This document shows positions 51,390 to 62,775 of a stretch of 64,000 nt of DNA, piece by piece (within the stretch, counting starts at the first letter, position 1; every line of letters starts with the position of its first letter). The stretch lies in assembly GCA_047967505.1 (NCBI GenBank), contig CM106538.1; one strand, 5' to 3'. Under the pieces are notes generated by a model. The model was given only the letters and a program-made list of their open reading frames with translations, had not been told where the DNA came from and searched no databases. Both the position numbers and the translations under genes were made by a program. This DNA comes from Dipteris shenzhenensis (Eukaryota).

Positions 51390-51949
51390 GCGCTGTTAGC
51401 TTTATTATGAGAGCATGGGACGGTGCTCGTGACACTCCAAGGATTATGATGCATTAAAGAAAGGAGAGCATTTTCGTGCAAAGGAAAATGGGGAGCGATA
51501 TATAGCCACGAGGTTTTTTTTAATGCAAAGAAAATGGGAAGTGTGTACAAGAAATGAGAAGGGAAAGCTAGTTGGGATTCCACGAGCCAATGGAATAAAA
51601 GGAGGGCAATGTCGTGGTGATCATTGGGAGCTATCGATCCATAGTGAAGTGGTGCATTCTTGTAAAGGAGCCTACCGAGCCTAGGCTCCAGGTACACGAG
51701 GCTACCCGGGTGGTTGTCCTAGTAGGCAAGGCAAGCTACCCAGCCTCCTCTATTTGACTCGTGTTATATAGTCGAGAGAAAGTCCTTTACGTGATGCTAG
51801 AAGAACTCATGCAGACGCGTTTGGGTCCAATGGAGGAGGCTATGATGTGATGGCGGAGCGACGGATGTGCTAGAGGGAAGGAGGCGAAGCAGTTCTGGTG
51901 TGTGACATTTTGGTGCTATCCAGATAAACATGTTCTGTAGAGGAGAGCA

Positions 51950-52545
51950 AGATGAAGAATGCGAGATGATGCAGAGACGAGATGTTGCGCTGAGAAAGAA
52001 GCGAGTGAACAGGGGAAGCAAATTCCAAGGCACAGGGGTGCCGTAAGGGTCGATCACATGGGCAACCGGAAAGCCTTACGTGGAAACGTACCGTTGATTC
52101 AAAGGCTGCCGCCGGTAAGGGCGGTCAGACGGAACCCCCCAACAGCTGTAGAGCGCCGTAAGTTAGTGAGAAAGAAGCGCGTTGCGATGGGAACGTCGTC
52201 GGATTTGGCGTTAGGTCTGATGATGCGACGACGACGAAGTTTAAGACGGCGACCCAGTCTGATTTCCTTCCCCTCTCTCCTCCTCCTCTTCGCGTGTTCT
52301 GCAGGCTTGTCTTGCCTGCCGCTCCGCGTTTTCTTGCTTCTGCGACAGGGAGAGCAAGCGACGAGTGGCGTTGAAGTTTACGAAGGGGTCGAACGACTCC
52401 GGCTGGCGTTTGGGGCACGGGAGAGATTTCCAAGGCCCTTTGGAATAATGGGGCGGTCGTAGACTGTTCTAGGCTGGACTGTTTCTGGAGAGCGAGAGAA
52501 ACAGAAGGGCATCGAGATTGCAGGCAGAGGGGTGCGAGCGAGCGA

Positions 52546-52582
<37 letters not shown>

Positions 52583-52900
52583 AGAGTTAGCGTAGGCATC
52601 GAGACAGATATTGCAGGCAAGCTACGGTACGAGACGAATTCCGTCCCTAGCGCGAAGATACCTCTCAAGCAAGCGGCTTCACAACAGCTTCATCGAACCG
52701 CATAGATCAGACCGACGCCGCACTGCCCCTTCTGTCATGGAGAGCGCAGAGCGATGTGACGAGCTTGTACCGCAGGAGAATTAGACCTCCTCCTGGCTTG
52801 TAGCCTTGCCTCCCTCCTCCCCTTTCCCTTCTCTTCCTCCACCGTTCCTTTCGTTAGCTTCCACCTCCAGCTCTGGCCAGAACACTAGGAGCGCACCCCA
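51950..52900. promoter_or_regulatory. CpG-rich promoter/5' region with a GA repeat upstream of the trihelix gene
   Basis: Many CG dinucleotides, including GCGCGCGCGCG(AG)n at ~52548-52585, against CpG-depleted TE flanks. A pyrimidine-rich leader precedes the ATG. Confidence 0.55.
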
Positions 52901-52914
52901 ACCCCTTGAACTCC

Positions 52915-53826
52915 ATGGTTGTGCCTAAGAAGCTTGGCCCTCCTCCTCACTCCATGGGTAGTGACGAGGAGGGCCGCAAATCCAAAATTTCCGACTGGAC
53001 CCCTAAGTCGGTCGGAATTCTACTGGATAGCTATGCCCAGAAGTTTTCTGTCGGTCGTGGATACCTGAGGACGAAGGACTGGGAGGAGGTAGTCAACAAC
53101 GTAAACACGCGATGCGAAGGATTCAAGTCTTTGAAGACGATGAAACAATGCAGGGACAAGGTCGATAGCTTGAAGCGGCGGTACAAGATGGAAAAACGAA
53201 AGGCGGTGAACGGGAGCGCGGTGACCTGGCCATTTTTTGCTAAGTTGGATGAGATGATGGGTTCTATGCTGAAGCAGGGAAAAGCTCTGGATCCTTTGGA
53301 AAGGCATCAGAAATCCTCTCTTAACGATTATACTCATGTAGAGGAGGAGGAAGGAAAGCTTGAATGCTCTGATTCGCCCGAAGAATGTGCTGTGGATAGT
53401 ATTCGCTACGATGTACCCTGCAGGGAGTTCTTATTAGAGAACGGTAAAGCTGGAGCTGAGGAAGTAGATGGCTTGTCAGAGGATGGGTTACAGCCTCATT
53501 TATATCAGCAGCACATGAAGCTTTTAAGTTTGACAGGGACTCAAGAGTCTACCGATAATTCCAGTGAGCAAGGTAAAGCTCCTCAACTCCCTGGCGTTCC
53601 TGGAAAGGCCCATGCCAAAAAGCGCAAAATGAAGTCCGAGAATCCAATACAGGCGCTGGCGGATGCAGTCACAGGATTTTCAGAGGTTTTTGCTCGCATT
53701 GAGTTAGCTAAGATTGAAATCTACACAAAAATGAAGATGGAGCTGGCCAAACTTGAGAGGAAGAGGCGTAAGAGGAGTCATAGGAAGCAGGAGCCTTCCA
53801 GCTCAAGCTCCACTAGTTCTGGATAA
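52915..53826 (+). CDS. Trihelix transcription factor (Myb/SANT-like DNA-binding domain, SIP1/ASIL-like clade)
   Basis: Intact intronless 303-aa ORF. Trihelix domain WTPKSVGILLDSY...LRTKDWEEVVNNV...KTMKQCRDKVDSLKRRYKMEK...WPFFAKLDEMMG, then a coiled coil LADAVTGFSEVFARIELAKIE and a basic tail. Confidence 0.92.
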   Translation: MVVPKKLGPPPHSMGSDEEGRKSKISDWTPKSVGILLDSYAQKFSVGRGYLRTKDWEEVVNNVNTRCEGFKSLKTMKQCRDKVDSLKRRYKMEKRKAVNGSAVTWPFFAKLDEMMGSMLKQGKALDPLERHQKSSLNDYTHVEEEEGKLECSDSPEECAVDSIRYDVPCREFLLENGKAGAEEVDGLSEDGLQPHLYQQHMKLLSLTGTQESTDNSSEQGKAPQLPGVPGKAHAKKRKMKSENPIQALADAVTGFSEVFARIELAKIEIYTKMKMELAKLERKRRKRSHRKQEPSSSSSTSSG

Positions 53827-55220
53827 GGCAACCTGTAAGGAGACTTTTGTCCTGCTATGGTTTTGTAACATTTAATCATTTCCGGACCTGTCATTGGGCA
53901 TGCAGTATGCTCGTAGGTTTTACGTTCTGACGTTCTTACCTGTCTTTAAGTTGTCTGTACTTGCTGTTATGTGCTCCTTTATGTATGTATTAAAATGGGA
54001 ATCCTTTATTCGATTTCCCCTTTTGATATGTGTGCTTTGGCAATTTCTCAGAGAGAATACCTTGAGGATAGCCATTTGTACATTAGTACATACGGACAGG
54101 TTGCTTCCCTTAGTTTGATGGATCGGGACTCTGCATGGACTTAAGTATCCACACTGTTGTCTTCGAAAAGTACTTTCTCGCCCTCAGCTGCACAAAGATT
54201 TTGAGTGTTTCCTCCTGTTGGCTTCAGTACCATATGGGATACAAGGTTTACAAAATTGCGAACTAGTATCACTCACAGTGGCTACTAGCCTTGGTTATTG
54301 CAACAGTGAGCAAGCTAACGTCCATTGTGGTTTCGGTGTGATACTACTTTGTGTTGATCCTGATTGGTCCATCTGCCAGGGTCTGAGACATTACGGCAAG
54401 ATGATATTTGTCTGATATCGAGAGTGAATCAAGATGATACTTTGAACTACAGAAGTTTTTCATGTATAAGATCCAGAGTGGTTGGAGGTTGCTTGGGCCA
54501 TCTATCTCTTTTTTTTGGTGCTATGGTTTTGTTTATGTATGCTGTGGTAAAATAGTTGAGTGCAGTGTATTATGATCGCTGATGCTAACGTTGCAGGCTT
54601 GCCTAGCATTAAAGCTATACAATAGAACAAGAAGAGTGGGAATGGCGCTTGTATGTTTGCATGTGGCTCATTCTTTCCAAATTCTGTCTGGGCATTTCAC
54701 GTCTGATAGTGGGGCAGATGATCTTACATATATGTTGTTATTGTGGCATGTTGCCGAGTCCTGGAAACGTATGGGCAGCAATTGTTACTCTTAAGTCGGT
54801 TTGTTTTAGCTACCTACTGAATGAAAGAGGGGGTGTATAATCTAGATGTCTTCTTTGGGGGACCTTAAAAGCAGTTCAGGCTGAGGAGAGGCATCTATTG
54901 GGGAGTATGTGCTGATCTTTTACTCGCTGCTTCTCATTAGAGCTTCTCTTGGCATTTGGGTTTAGTGAAAACGTGTAAGAAAGTTGAAAATTTGGTTAGA
55001 GCTTCTATGTTTAGTTGAAAATTTGGTTATTTTAAAAAAGTTGCAAGAACTTGGTAAGGAAAGCGACATATGTCCTCCTTTGTCAAGGTACAGTGATGGA
55101 ATATTCTCTGGAATTTCTTCAGCCTTCCTCTCTTTCATGGGCTGAATGAATTGCACTTCTTTGCAATTTGCACGTTGTGTTCAGGATCTCTGTAGGAAAT
55201 TGAATAAGTTATGACCTCTG

Positions 55221-57862
55221 TGTTGGGATATCTCAAGGTGTATGCCTCAGGCACACCTTATGTTTCTATATGTGAGTGCTAGAGGCACAGTTAGGTGCCC
55301 ACAAGCACAGTTAGGTGGTGGAAAAGCCACATAGGATGATTGAGTGAATCTAGGAGCAGATTGAGGAGATGATTGTGGAGCTTTGAGGTCATCAGTGATG
55401 TCAGTGACCTTGTATGAGGTGCCTACTTAAGGACCTCTTTCTTCTTCATTCTATAAGCAAGTATTCTGAGTTTGTGTCCACTCTACTCTTTCTTTTCAGT
55501 ATTCCAACATGGTATCAGAGCCCTTTGATCCCCCTTGAGCCCATTTCTGCCACATCATCATCTTCTTCTTCATCTTCTTCTTCTCCATTTTCTTCTTTCT
55601 TCCCAAAATCTTTGAGAGCTTGGTTCTCCATCTACAAACAGCCATTGCCCAAACCCTCTGAGCTGGAAACTCCTCTAGTATGGGCGAACTTCCACCTGCA
55701 AGCAATTGAAGAAAAAACGTCTGTGGTGGCTGCCATTCTCCAAAAAGCGAATTTCTTCTGTTGCTCAATACTCCCTGCATACTCCGCCATTGCCTGAGCC
55801 CTCTTAGGAGTAGATGGGCGACCTCAAGACGAAGATTTTGAGCCATTTTTCAGGTCATTTGGTTCAGTAACGAGGGAGAAATCGTCAAAACTCAGTTTCA
55901 GCCTGTAGCAACTCTCCCGGGCAAAAGTGCGCACCATTTCGTCCAACCTCTGTACTGGACCTTCTCTGGTATATGAGCTTTCTTTTGCTTCAGAAAGTCC
56001 TCTTTTCCTTGCTTTGAAGAGTTAGCTACAAGCCCTCCAAGTTCAGCTTTTCAGTTTTGACAGTTTTGGACAAGTTTTTGAAGATGATGCTACATAAAAT
56101 GCTACTCTAGCATTTCTGGTTTTTTGAAGCTTTCAATAACTTCAGTACAAGTGTGGATTCAGTTTTGTTTTGACTTGCTAGACCTGGTTTTGATTGGAAA
56201 ATGTTTATTTCATCCACTTCTATGAAGCATGTAAGAAGAAGCATCATTGTTTGAAATCTAGTCACTACTATTTGCTACATTAAGTGCTCATATTTTGGAA
56301 GTCTTTCAGTTATTTTTGCCTTGTAAGAGAGATAGACACTGCCCAATATCTGGGTTAGACCCTCTCATGGCTACCATATATAATCTTGAGAAGTTCAATG
56401 GAAAGGGGTTCCATACATGGCAAATGAAGGTAAAATTTGCATTAATGCGGGAGAACTTATGGGGACTTGTCAAATCTACTCCTACCGCTTCTTCTACGGC
56501 CTCAAATGCTGGGGAATCTTCAGCTCCGACACGACCGGCAAGGGATCCAGCAAGAGAAGAAAAAGCATATGGTATAATTGCTTTAGCTTTGGGTGATGAT
56601 TACATACATCATATATCTGACTTGGAGTCTCCATCAGAAGCATGGCAGAAGCTAGATTTGATTTTTGGTGCAAGCTCTCATATTTCTAAACTATCACTTA
56701 AAATCTCTTTCTTTGAATTAAAGATGGCAAGTGATACTACTTTAGCTGCCCATGTCAACTATATGCGGAGTCTTATGACTCAGTTAGCTTCTATCAACTC
56801 TCCTATCACCCCTGATGATGCTATGGCAGTACTACTTAAGAGTATGCCTGAAAGCTTTGATCACATTGTAAGCACTTTGAAGAATCTTCCCAATCCAAAC
56901 CTTGAAGGCATTATCTCAGCTCTCCAAGAAGAAGAAAGACACATGGAGTTAAGGAAAGGCAATGACACTGCTTATGTTATGAAATTCTAGAAGGGCAAGT
57001 ACTCTCCTTGCAATCACTGTGGAAAGACAAATCACCTTTCAAAGGACTGCTTCAAAGTTAATCCATGCAAGCACTGTGGCAAAAACAACCATAGTGAGAA
57101 GTTTTGCAGAGACAAAGCAAAGACAGAAAATGCAAATCTACTTACAGTGAATTTGCCTCCACAAGATGAGGCATCCCATGAAGATTATGCATTTTAACTC
57201 ATCTCTATGTATGCTCCAGATCTCTCTTTTTATGTCAAGGTACTCAGCCTGGATAGTCCTCCAAAATGAATGAAAATAAACTATTGTGTTTTGTGTGTTT
57301 TGTAAACACCTCTGGTCACCTTATGATGTAAGCCATGTGTATGTTTTTGTTCCATGGTACCTCCTACAGACATTGTGTGCATGTACATGTAGGGGAGATA
57401 ACCATTGGAAGGTCTGTTTGTATCCCTTTCTGTTTACCTTACACCCAAGGGAACCCTTGCTAGCATGAGAACCTAGCCATAGATTTATCCTTGACCACCA
57501 TGAGATGGCATGAGAAACTATGAGACTAGATGTATCCTTGACATAGCCTGAGGCATCTCCTTGAGGGGGGGTTTGTTGGGATATCTCAAGGTGTATGCCT
57601 CAGGCACATCTTATGTTTCTATGTGTGAGTGTTAGAGGCACAGTTAGGTGCCCACAAGCACAGTTAGGTGGTGGAAAAGCCACATAGGATGATTGAGTGA
57701 ATCTAGGAGCAGATTGAGGAGATGATTGTGGAGCTTTGAGGTCATCAGTGATGTCAGTGACCTTGTATGAGGTGCCTACTTAAGGACCTCTTTCTTCTTC
57801 ATTCTATAAGCAAGTATTCTGAGTTTGTGTCCACTCTACTCTTTCTTTTCAGTATTCCAACA
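55221..57862 (+). mobile_element. Young non-autonomous gag-only LTR retrotransposon (TR-GAG-like), 2642 bp
   Basis: 289-bp LTRs at 55221-55509 and 57574-57862 (3 differences seen), perfect TSD CTCTG, PBS TGGTATCAGAGC at 55510, PPT GAGGGGGGG, and no pol. Confidence 0.95.
56367..57197 (+). pseudogene. Copia-type gag with two CCHC knuckles and one in-frame TAG
   Basis: MATIYNLEKFNGKGFHTWQMKV...LLKSMPESF...; TAG at 56988-56990, then in frame CNHCGKTNHLSKDC and CKHCGKNNHSEKFC, ending HEDYAF*. Confidence 0.9.
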
Positions 57863-58109
57863 CTCTGTAAGAATGAAATTTATTCCAGGAACTATTTTTA
57901 ACTGCAAACTCAGAGAGAGTTAATACAATACGAAATGGTAGATGTATCATAAGCCACAAACATGAGCTCAGGGATGATGCAGGGTTCTATATAGGAGGCG
58001 CAGGGGTGACCCAAGGGATTTCTTATTTAAGCTGACGTTTCTTCCCTGTATTGTCCCCCCGGCTGTTTAGTTGGTAGCCATTGAGTCTGGCAGGTACTGT
58101 CTGACAGGT

Positions 58110-58571
58110 GCAGTGTCATACTGTCCTTCACTGTTGCTCTATGTTGGAAAACCCTTATGAAGGCGAATAACCAGCATAGACTGGATAGGCATGGTTTCAA
58201 AATTCATATTAGTTGGTCTCTATACTCTTGTGGTTTGAAAAATATTGAAAATTGCTCCTTCGTTGGAAATCACTGCTCTGTTTTACTTCCTTGTTCCTGT
58301 TTGTATGTTCGTTGTTATACCATAGTTTGAAACCCTGATAGCAGTGTCATACTGTCCTTCACTGTTGCTCTATGTTGGAAAACCCTTATGAAGGCGAATA
58401 ACCAGCATAGACTGGATAGGCATGGTTTCAAAATTCATATTAGTTGGTCTCTATACTCTTGTGGTTTGAAAAATATTGAAAATTGCTCCTTCGTTGGAAA
58501 TCACTGCTCTGTTTTACTTCCTTGTTCCTGTTTGTATGTTCGTTGTTATACCATAGTTTGAAACCCTGATA
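58110..58571. repeat. 231-bp tandem duplication, copies apparently identical
   Basis: GCAGTGTCATACTGTCC... starts at 58110 and at 58341, and GCAG recurs at 58572. Confidence 0.95.
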
Positions 58572-59174
58572 GCAGCTTATGCTTGGGTACTGATGGGAAC
58601 GTTAGGGTAGCTTTACTTCTTTCTTTATTTTGATTTTTGTGTTTTACTGAGTTTTGTTTTATGTCTCTTACAAGTCCCCTTTTTCTCTCTCCTTTGTTCT
58701 TTCGCCTGTTTTACAGAAGTATTGTAATTTTAAGCGTGGATATATTCTAGTCTAACGAAGGTCGCTTGGAAGCCAGTTATGTGATTTGGGTTTTTGAAGT
58801 CAACCTGCATATGTTTCTTATTTGGAATTTAATAGTCAATCTTAATTTGTCCGCATGACTGAGGATCTTGAGGCTGACTCATCATGCAAGGTCTGTGCCC
58901 TAGCATATTTTTCTAGTCTGCTCAGAAGTGGGGATGAAAATTGGATGATGTGTAGAACTGTAGATGAAGGATGCCCCTTCCTGTGAGGATACAGACTCTT
59001 CCTCCTCTCCCACTCCCCACACTAGCTGCAATGGTTCTTTGCTGGATGTTTTGGTTTGAGAGACGGATTCTCTGTGGGGCACTTACACCCATCAGACTTC
59101 TCATGGAGCACTCTTTCCCCAAATCGTGCCGCTTGGAGTGTGGACCCCCTGTATCAAAATACAAATTCAGGGAG

Positions 59175-59470
59175 CGGAGAAGATACCGGGGCCCTGATGG
59201 GTGCAGACGTGCTCATGAAGGGCTGCTGTGACTGAAGGCTGCAGCTGCTGCTGATGAAGAAATGTGTCTGACTGCCTTCCCATGAATGCTCATGAAGGGC
59301 TGCTGCTCCCTGAAGATACCGGGGCCCTGATGGACCCAGACATGCTCATGAAGGGCTGCTGTGAACTGAAGGATGAAGCTGCTGATGATGAAGAAATGCA
59401 TCTGGATCCCTTCCCATTATGCTCATGAAGGGCTGCTGTGGACTGAATGCTGATGGTGCTGATGATGAAA
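59175..59470. repeat. Short diverged repeats built on GCTCATGAAGGGCTGCTG
   Basis: The core recurs at ~59211, 59288, 59344 and 59421. GAAGATACCGGGGCCCTGATGG occurs twice. Confidence 0.8.
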
Positions 59471-60949
59471 GAAGGTGACACCCCCTTTCCACCTGTGCTT
59501 CCCCTCTTCATCAAAAAGCTGGCTGAACTGGGTTCTATTTTGCTGATTCATCCAGTCCTGATGTATAGAAGCAACTCATTATGTCGTTGACTGCCATATC
59601 AGCTGAGCTAGCGCACTGCCACCTGGCCATATGGCCCACTTCTTCTGCTGTCCTGGCCAGTACTATTGCCTGGACCGGCTCCAAGTCCCCTGACTGTATG
59701 TCTGCTGTTCTGCCTTGTGTTGATGTGGCAGGCTGCTGCTGCTATCGACGTCAGCAGCTCCTACTTCCATGCATGGCTATATGGCCCTTTATCCTCTTCT
59801 GTGGAAGCTCACATAGTTCTAGGGAAGGTTGATAGCCTTCTTATAAGTGGATATATATATTGGTCTTTAGAACAAAAAATCTAAATTTGTATGATTGGAC
59901 TTTTCTAGTCTTACAAAGGTACATATATATATATATATATATACACACACATAGGTGGAAAGCCTCCTTTTAAGCTGCCAGGAGATGATGATAATCAGAG
60001 AAAGCCAGCCTAAACTCATGGCTACTCTAAGGAGTCGCGATGCTTATACAAGCGTAGGACCTCACATCAAAAGGCTGATCCCATTAAGTATGTTGAGGCA
60101 GTGACATCTGTTCTCAACTAATTGAAGGCTATGAGAGCTTTGGGAGTAAAGCTGATGAGCTGGTTCTTAGTCCTCCCTCCTTACAATAGGTTCATGTTGG
60201 GAATGGCTATCTTTGCCAAGGCCTTGATGTGCTTGTGATAGGCTTGGCAAATCCCCATGAATAACGTGATTTCCGGTGCATTTTTGCTTTGGCATTAGTG
60301 TAGTCCAATCTGACACTACCCAAGGTGCAGAATCTTCTCCATCAAAATCCTGGACTTCTTTTTAGTTAATTAGAATGGGTTGTCATTTAGGAGCATGTTG
60401 TACTATTTGAGATCACACTCATGCTGATGGGACCCCGCCAGAAAAAACAAAGATGCAATGGCCGATGAGATTCATGGAAATCATCATCTTGGTGAATGGG
60501 CCTGGCAGTTTTAATGCATCGGAAGGGCATTACCACAAACTTGTATTAGAAAGCCGACTTGCGACATCAACTTCGTGGATCCGGATCTAGGAACTGCTCC
60601 TTGTGTTCCTGCAACAATACCGTCAACAGTTGTCCATGTTGGCTGATGGTGCTGTGCCATCATTGACATAGACCAAAAATACTTGCCCCTATCTGCCTAA
60701 CTCCTGCATTCAACTGAATGCATCTGTGAACAATATAATTAGCTTGGGGCAGGTGCTTGGAATTGTGACCTCTATCCTGTAACATAATCAGGCTGGATCT
60801 GAAACTGGTGCCACCATCTGGCCCCTAACCCTGACTCTGTAGTACGGTGCATCTCAAAGTGTCTTGGTTGATATCTGTCCACCTCGGAATCTTCATACGG
60901 TGAAAGCAATGTTGAGATCCATAGTCGTTGTAGGGGATAGAGTGAGCTG

Positions 60950-62475
60950 TGCTCTCTATTTTTTCTGTGAAAACTGGAATCTGTATTTAAGTATGTGAAA
61001 GAGAAGATTTGCAATTAGTAGGAGACAAACCAGTCGTATACCTGACTGACTACTATTTTAGTCTGCTATTACATTAAGTAATTGCTAGCACCAGGCTTCC
61101 TGAAAGCCAATTGATTCCTTCGTTGCCACATGCAGCTTATTGTTGCTCCCCTAATTGCAAGCCATAATTCTGCTGTTCATTTGAGAAATATGCATGTGCA
61201 TCACCTGATACTCAGTGCCCTTAAATCCAGCCTTTTGGAACGAATAGTGTATTTTTGGGCAAAGAGGTTTCTCTGATAATAGGGCATCGAGAGAGCAAAT
61301 GTATAGTAGTTTCTTTATGTCTCTCACATACGTAGCAGGGGTGTGAAACCCATTTGCTAAGTTTGTCTCTGAGCCAATTCCAATGCAGCAACTTCCTTAC
61401 CAGCACTTTTCGCTTTACATGGAATCTCAGGATGCCAAAAAATGTCTAGCGTTTTGTTCTATACCATTTCCCAGGTTGGCCTTTTCACAATCTGTTAAGT
61501 CATGCCTGGACCTCCAGAATCAATCAATGGGTGTAGGTCTCTACATAGAAGTACATCTACTCGACAGGATGGCTCCAAGTGACCCCTGGATACAAAAAAG
61601 GGGTCCAAAGAAAACTTCTGACCATCTGTGGAAACTGAACCAACTGAAAAAACAGTAACATCTGGAGACTGTAGCAGGAATACTGTGAAACTGGTAGAAG
61701 GAAGACTGCATAAAACAGAACTTCAGATTGCAGTTTCCTGGTTTGGAACAATGTGTGGTGTAACCTTGAGTACCACTGCACCCGGGGGTGTGGGTAAGGA
61801 CATGGTTTCCTTGTCCTGCGCTTCGGAGTGGGTTTGGGGGGTTGAAAGTCCTTAGGTGTTGTGTCGAACTGTCTGTCGCGCTTGAGGGGTCGGTCTTGGG
61901 AACATGTCTTTTGAAATCCGAGCACGGCTGAATAGGAGCTGAAGATACATGAGTGAGAATTGGGATGACATGGGCTTGCAGAGGGTGATTGCTCACCATT
62001 TTGTTGGCTTGAATTGAAATCGAAGCCGGCGAGGGGGAAGTAACCAAGGGAGACATCTGAGAGGAGCTAGGGAGCGGGGAGGGGCAAGGTAATTGTTGGT
62101 GGCTGATTAGCGACTGCTTGAAAGTTCTGTTGGAGAATACAAGGTTGCACATGTTCTTGGGGGGTGTCCTTGTCCACCAAAGATTGCATCTGTGCGAGTA
62201 GAGTAGCTTCATCTTTGGCCATTTTTCTCCTCTTTTTTATAGCATTCTTGAACTTGCAAATGGAGTTGTTTGATCTTTTGTAGATTATCTCCTCGTTTTT
62301 TGTGTTCATCCATAGTTGTCAGGATGGCTTCCAAAACATGTCTACCGTGAATGAAGCCCTTTTGTTCCTCTCTAATCCAGACCTGCAATAGCAAGTGCTT
62401 TGGTGAAGAAGACAATTAAAACTAATACCCAAGGGTCCTAAGGATGAACTTAAAAATTGGAGATCCTTAACTGTT
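60950..62475 (-). mobile_element. Fragmented L1-clade LINE (zf-RVT end, RT start, short inverted piece)
   Basis: Minus strand: CMWQRRNQLAF (~61120), HPCYVCERHKETTIHLLSRCP (~61320), EEQKGFIHGRHVLEAI (~62350). Plus strand: KLIPKGPKDELKNWRSLT (62419-62472). Confidence 0.75.
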
Positions 62476-62775
62476 ATTTTATATTGACTCTTATATGATT
62501 AATTATTATCTTATTATCTTATTTATTATTTAGTATTTCTAATTTTATTTTATTAGTTTTAGTTGTGTAGTTGTAGTTGCTTTAGTTATGTTAGTGTCGT
62601 TAGTTATTTGTGTAGTTGGTTTAGTTATGTAGTTAGTTTAGTTGTGTTTAGTGTTAGTTTAGTTGTGCTAGTGTAATTAGTGGTACTCTAAGTCCTAATA
62701 AACTCCTACCCTAACCCCCACCTCTTCTACCCATATGGAGCTCCTCTATCCCCTTGCCCGTTCGTCTACCCTAAC

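Noticed and set aside
56988-56996. Programmed stop-codon readthrough between capsid and zinc knuckles
   Set aside because: The context TAG-AAG-GGC lacks the CARYYA readthrough signal; a CAG-to-TAG transition is simpler.
62700-62775. Interstitial telomere (CCCTAA)
   Set aside because: Only two isolated CTACCCTAAC motifs, not a tandem array.
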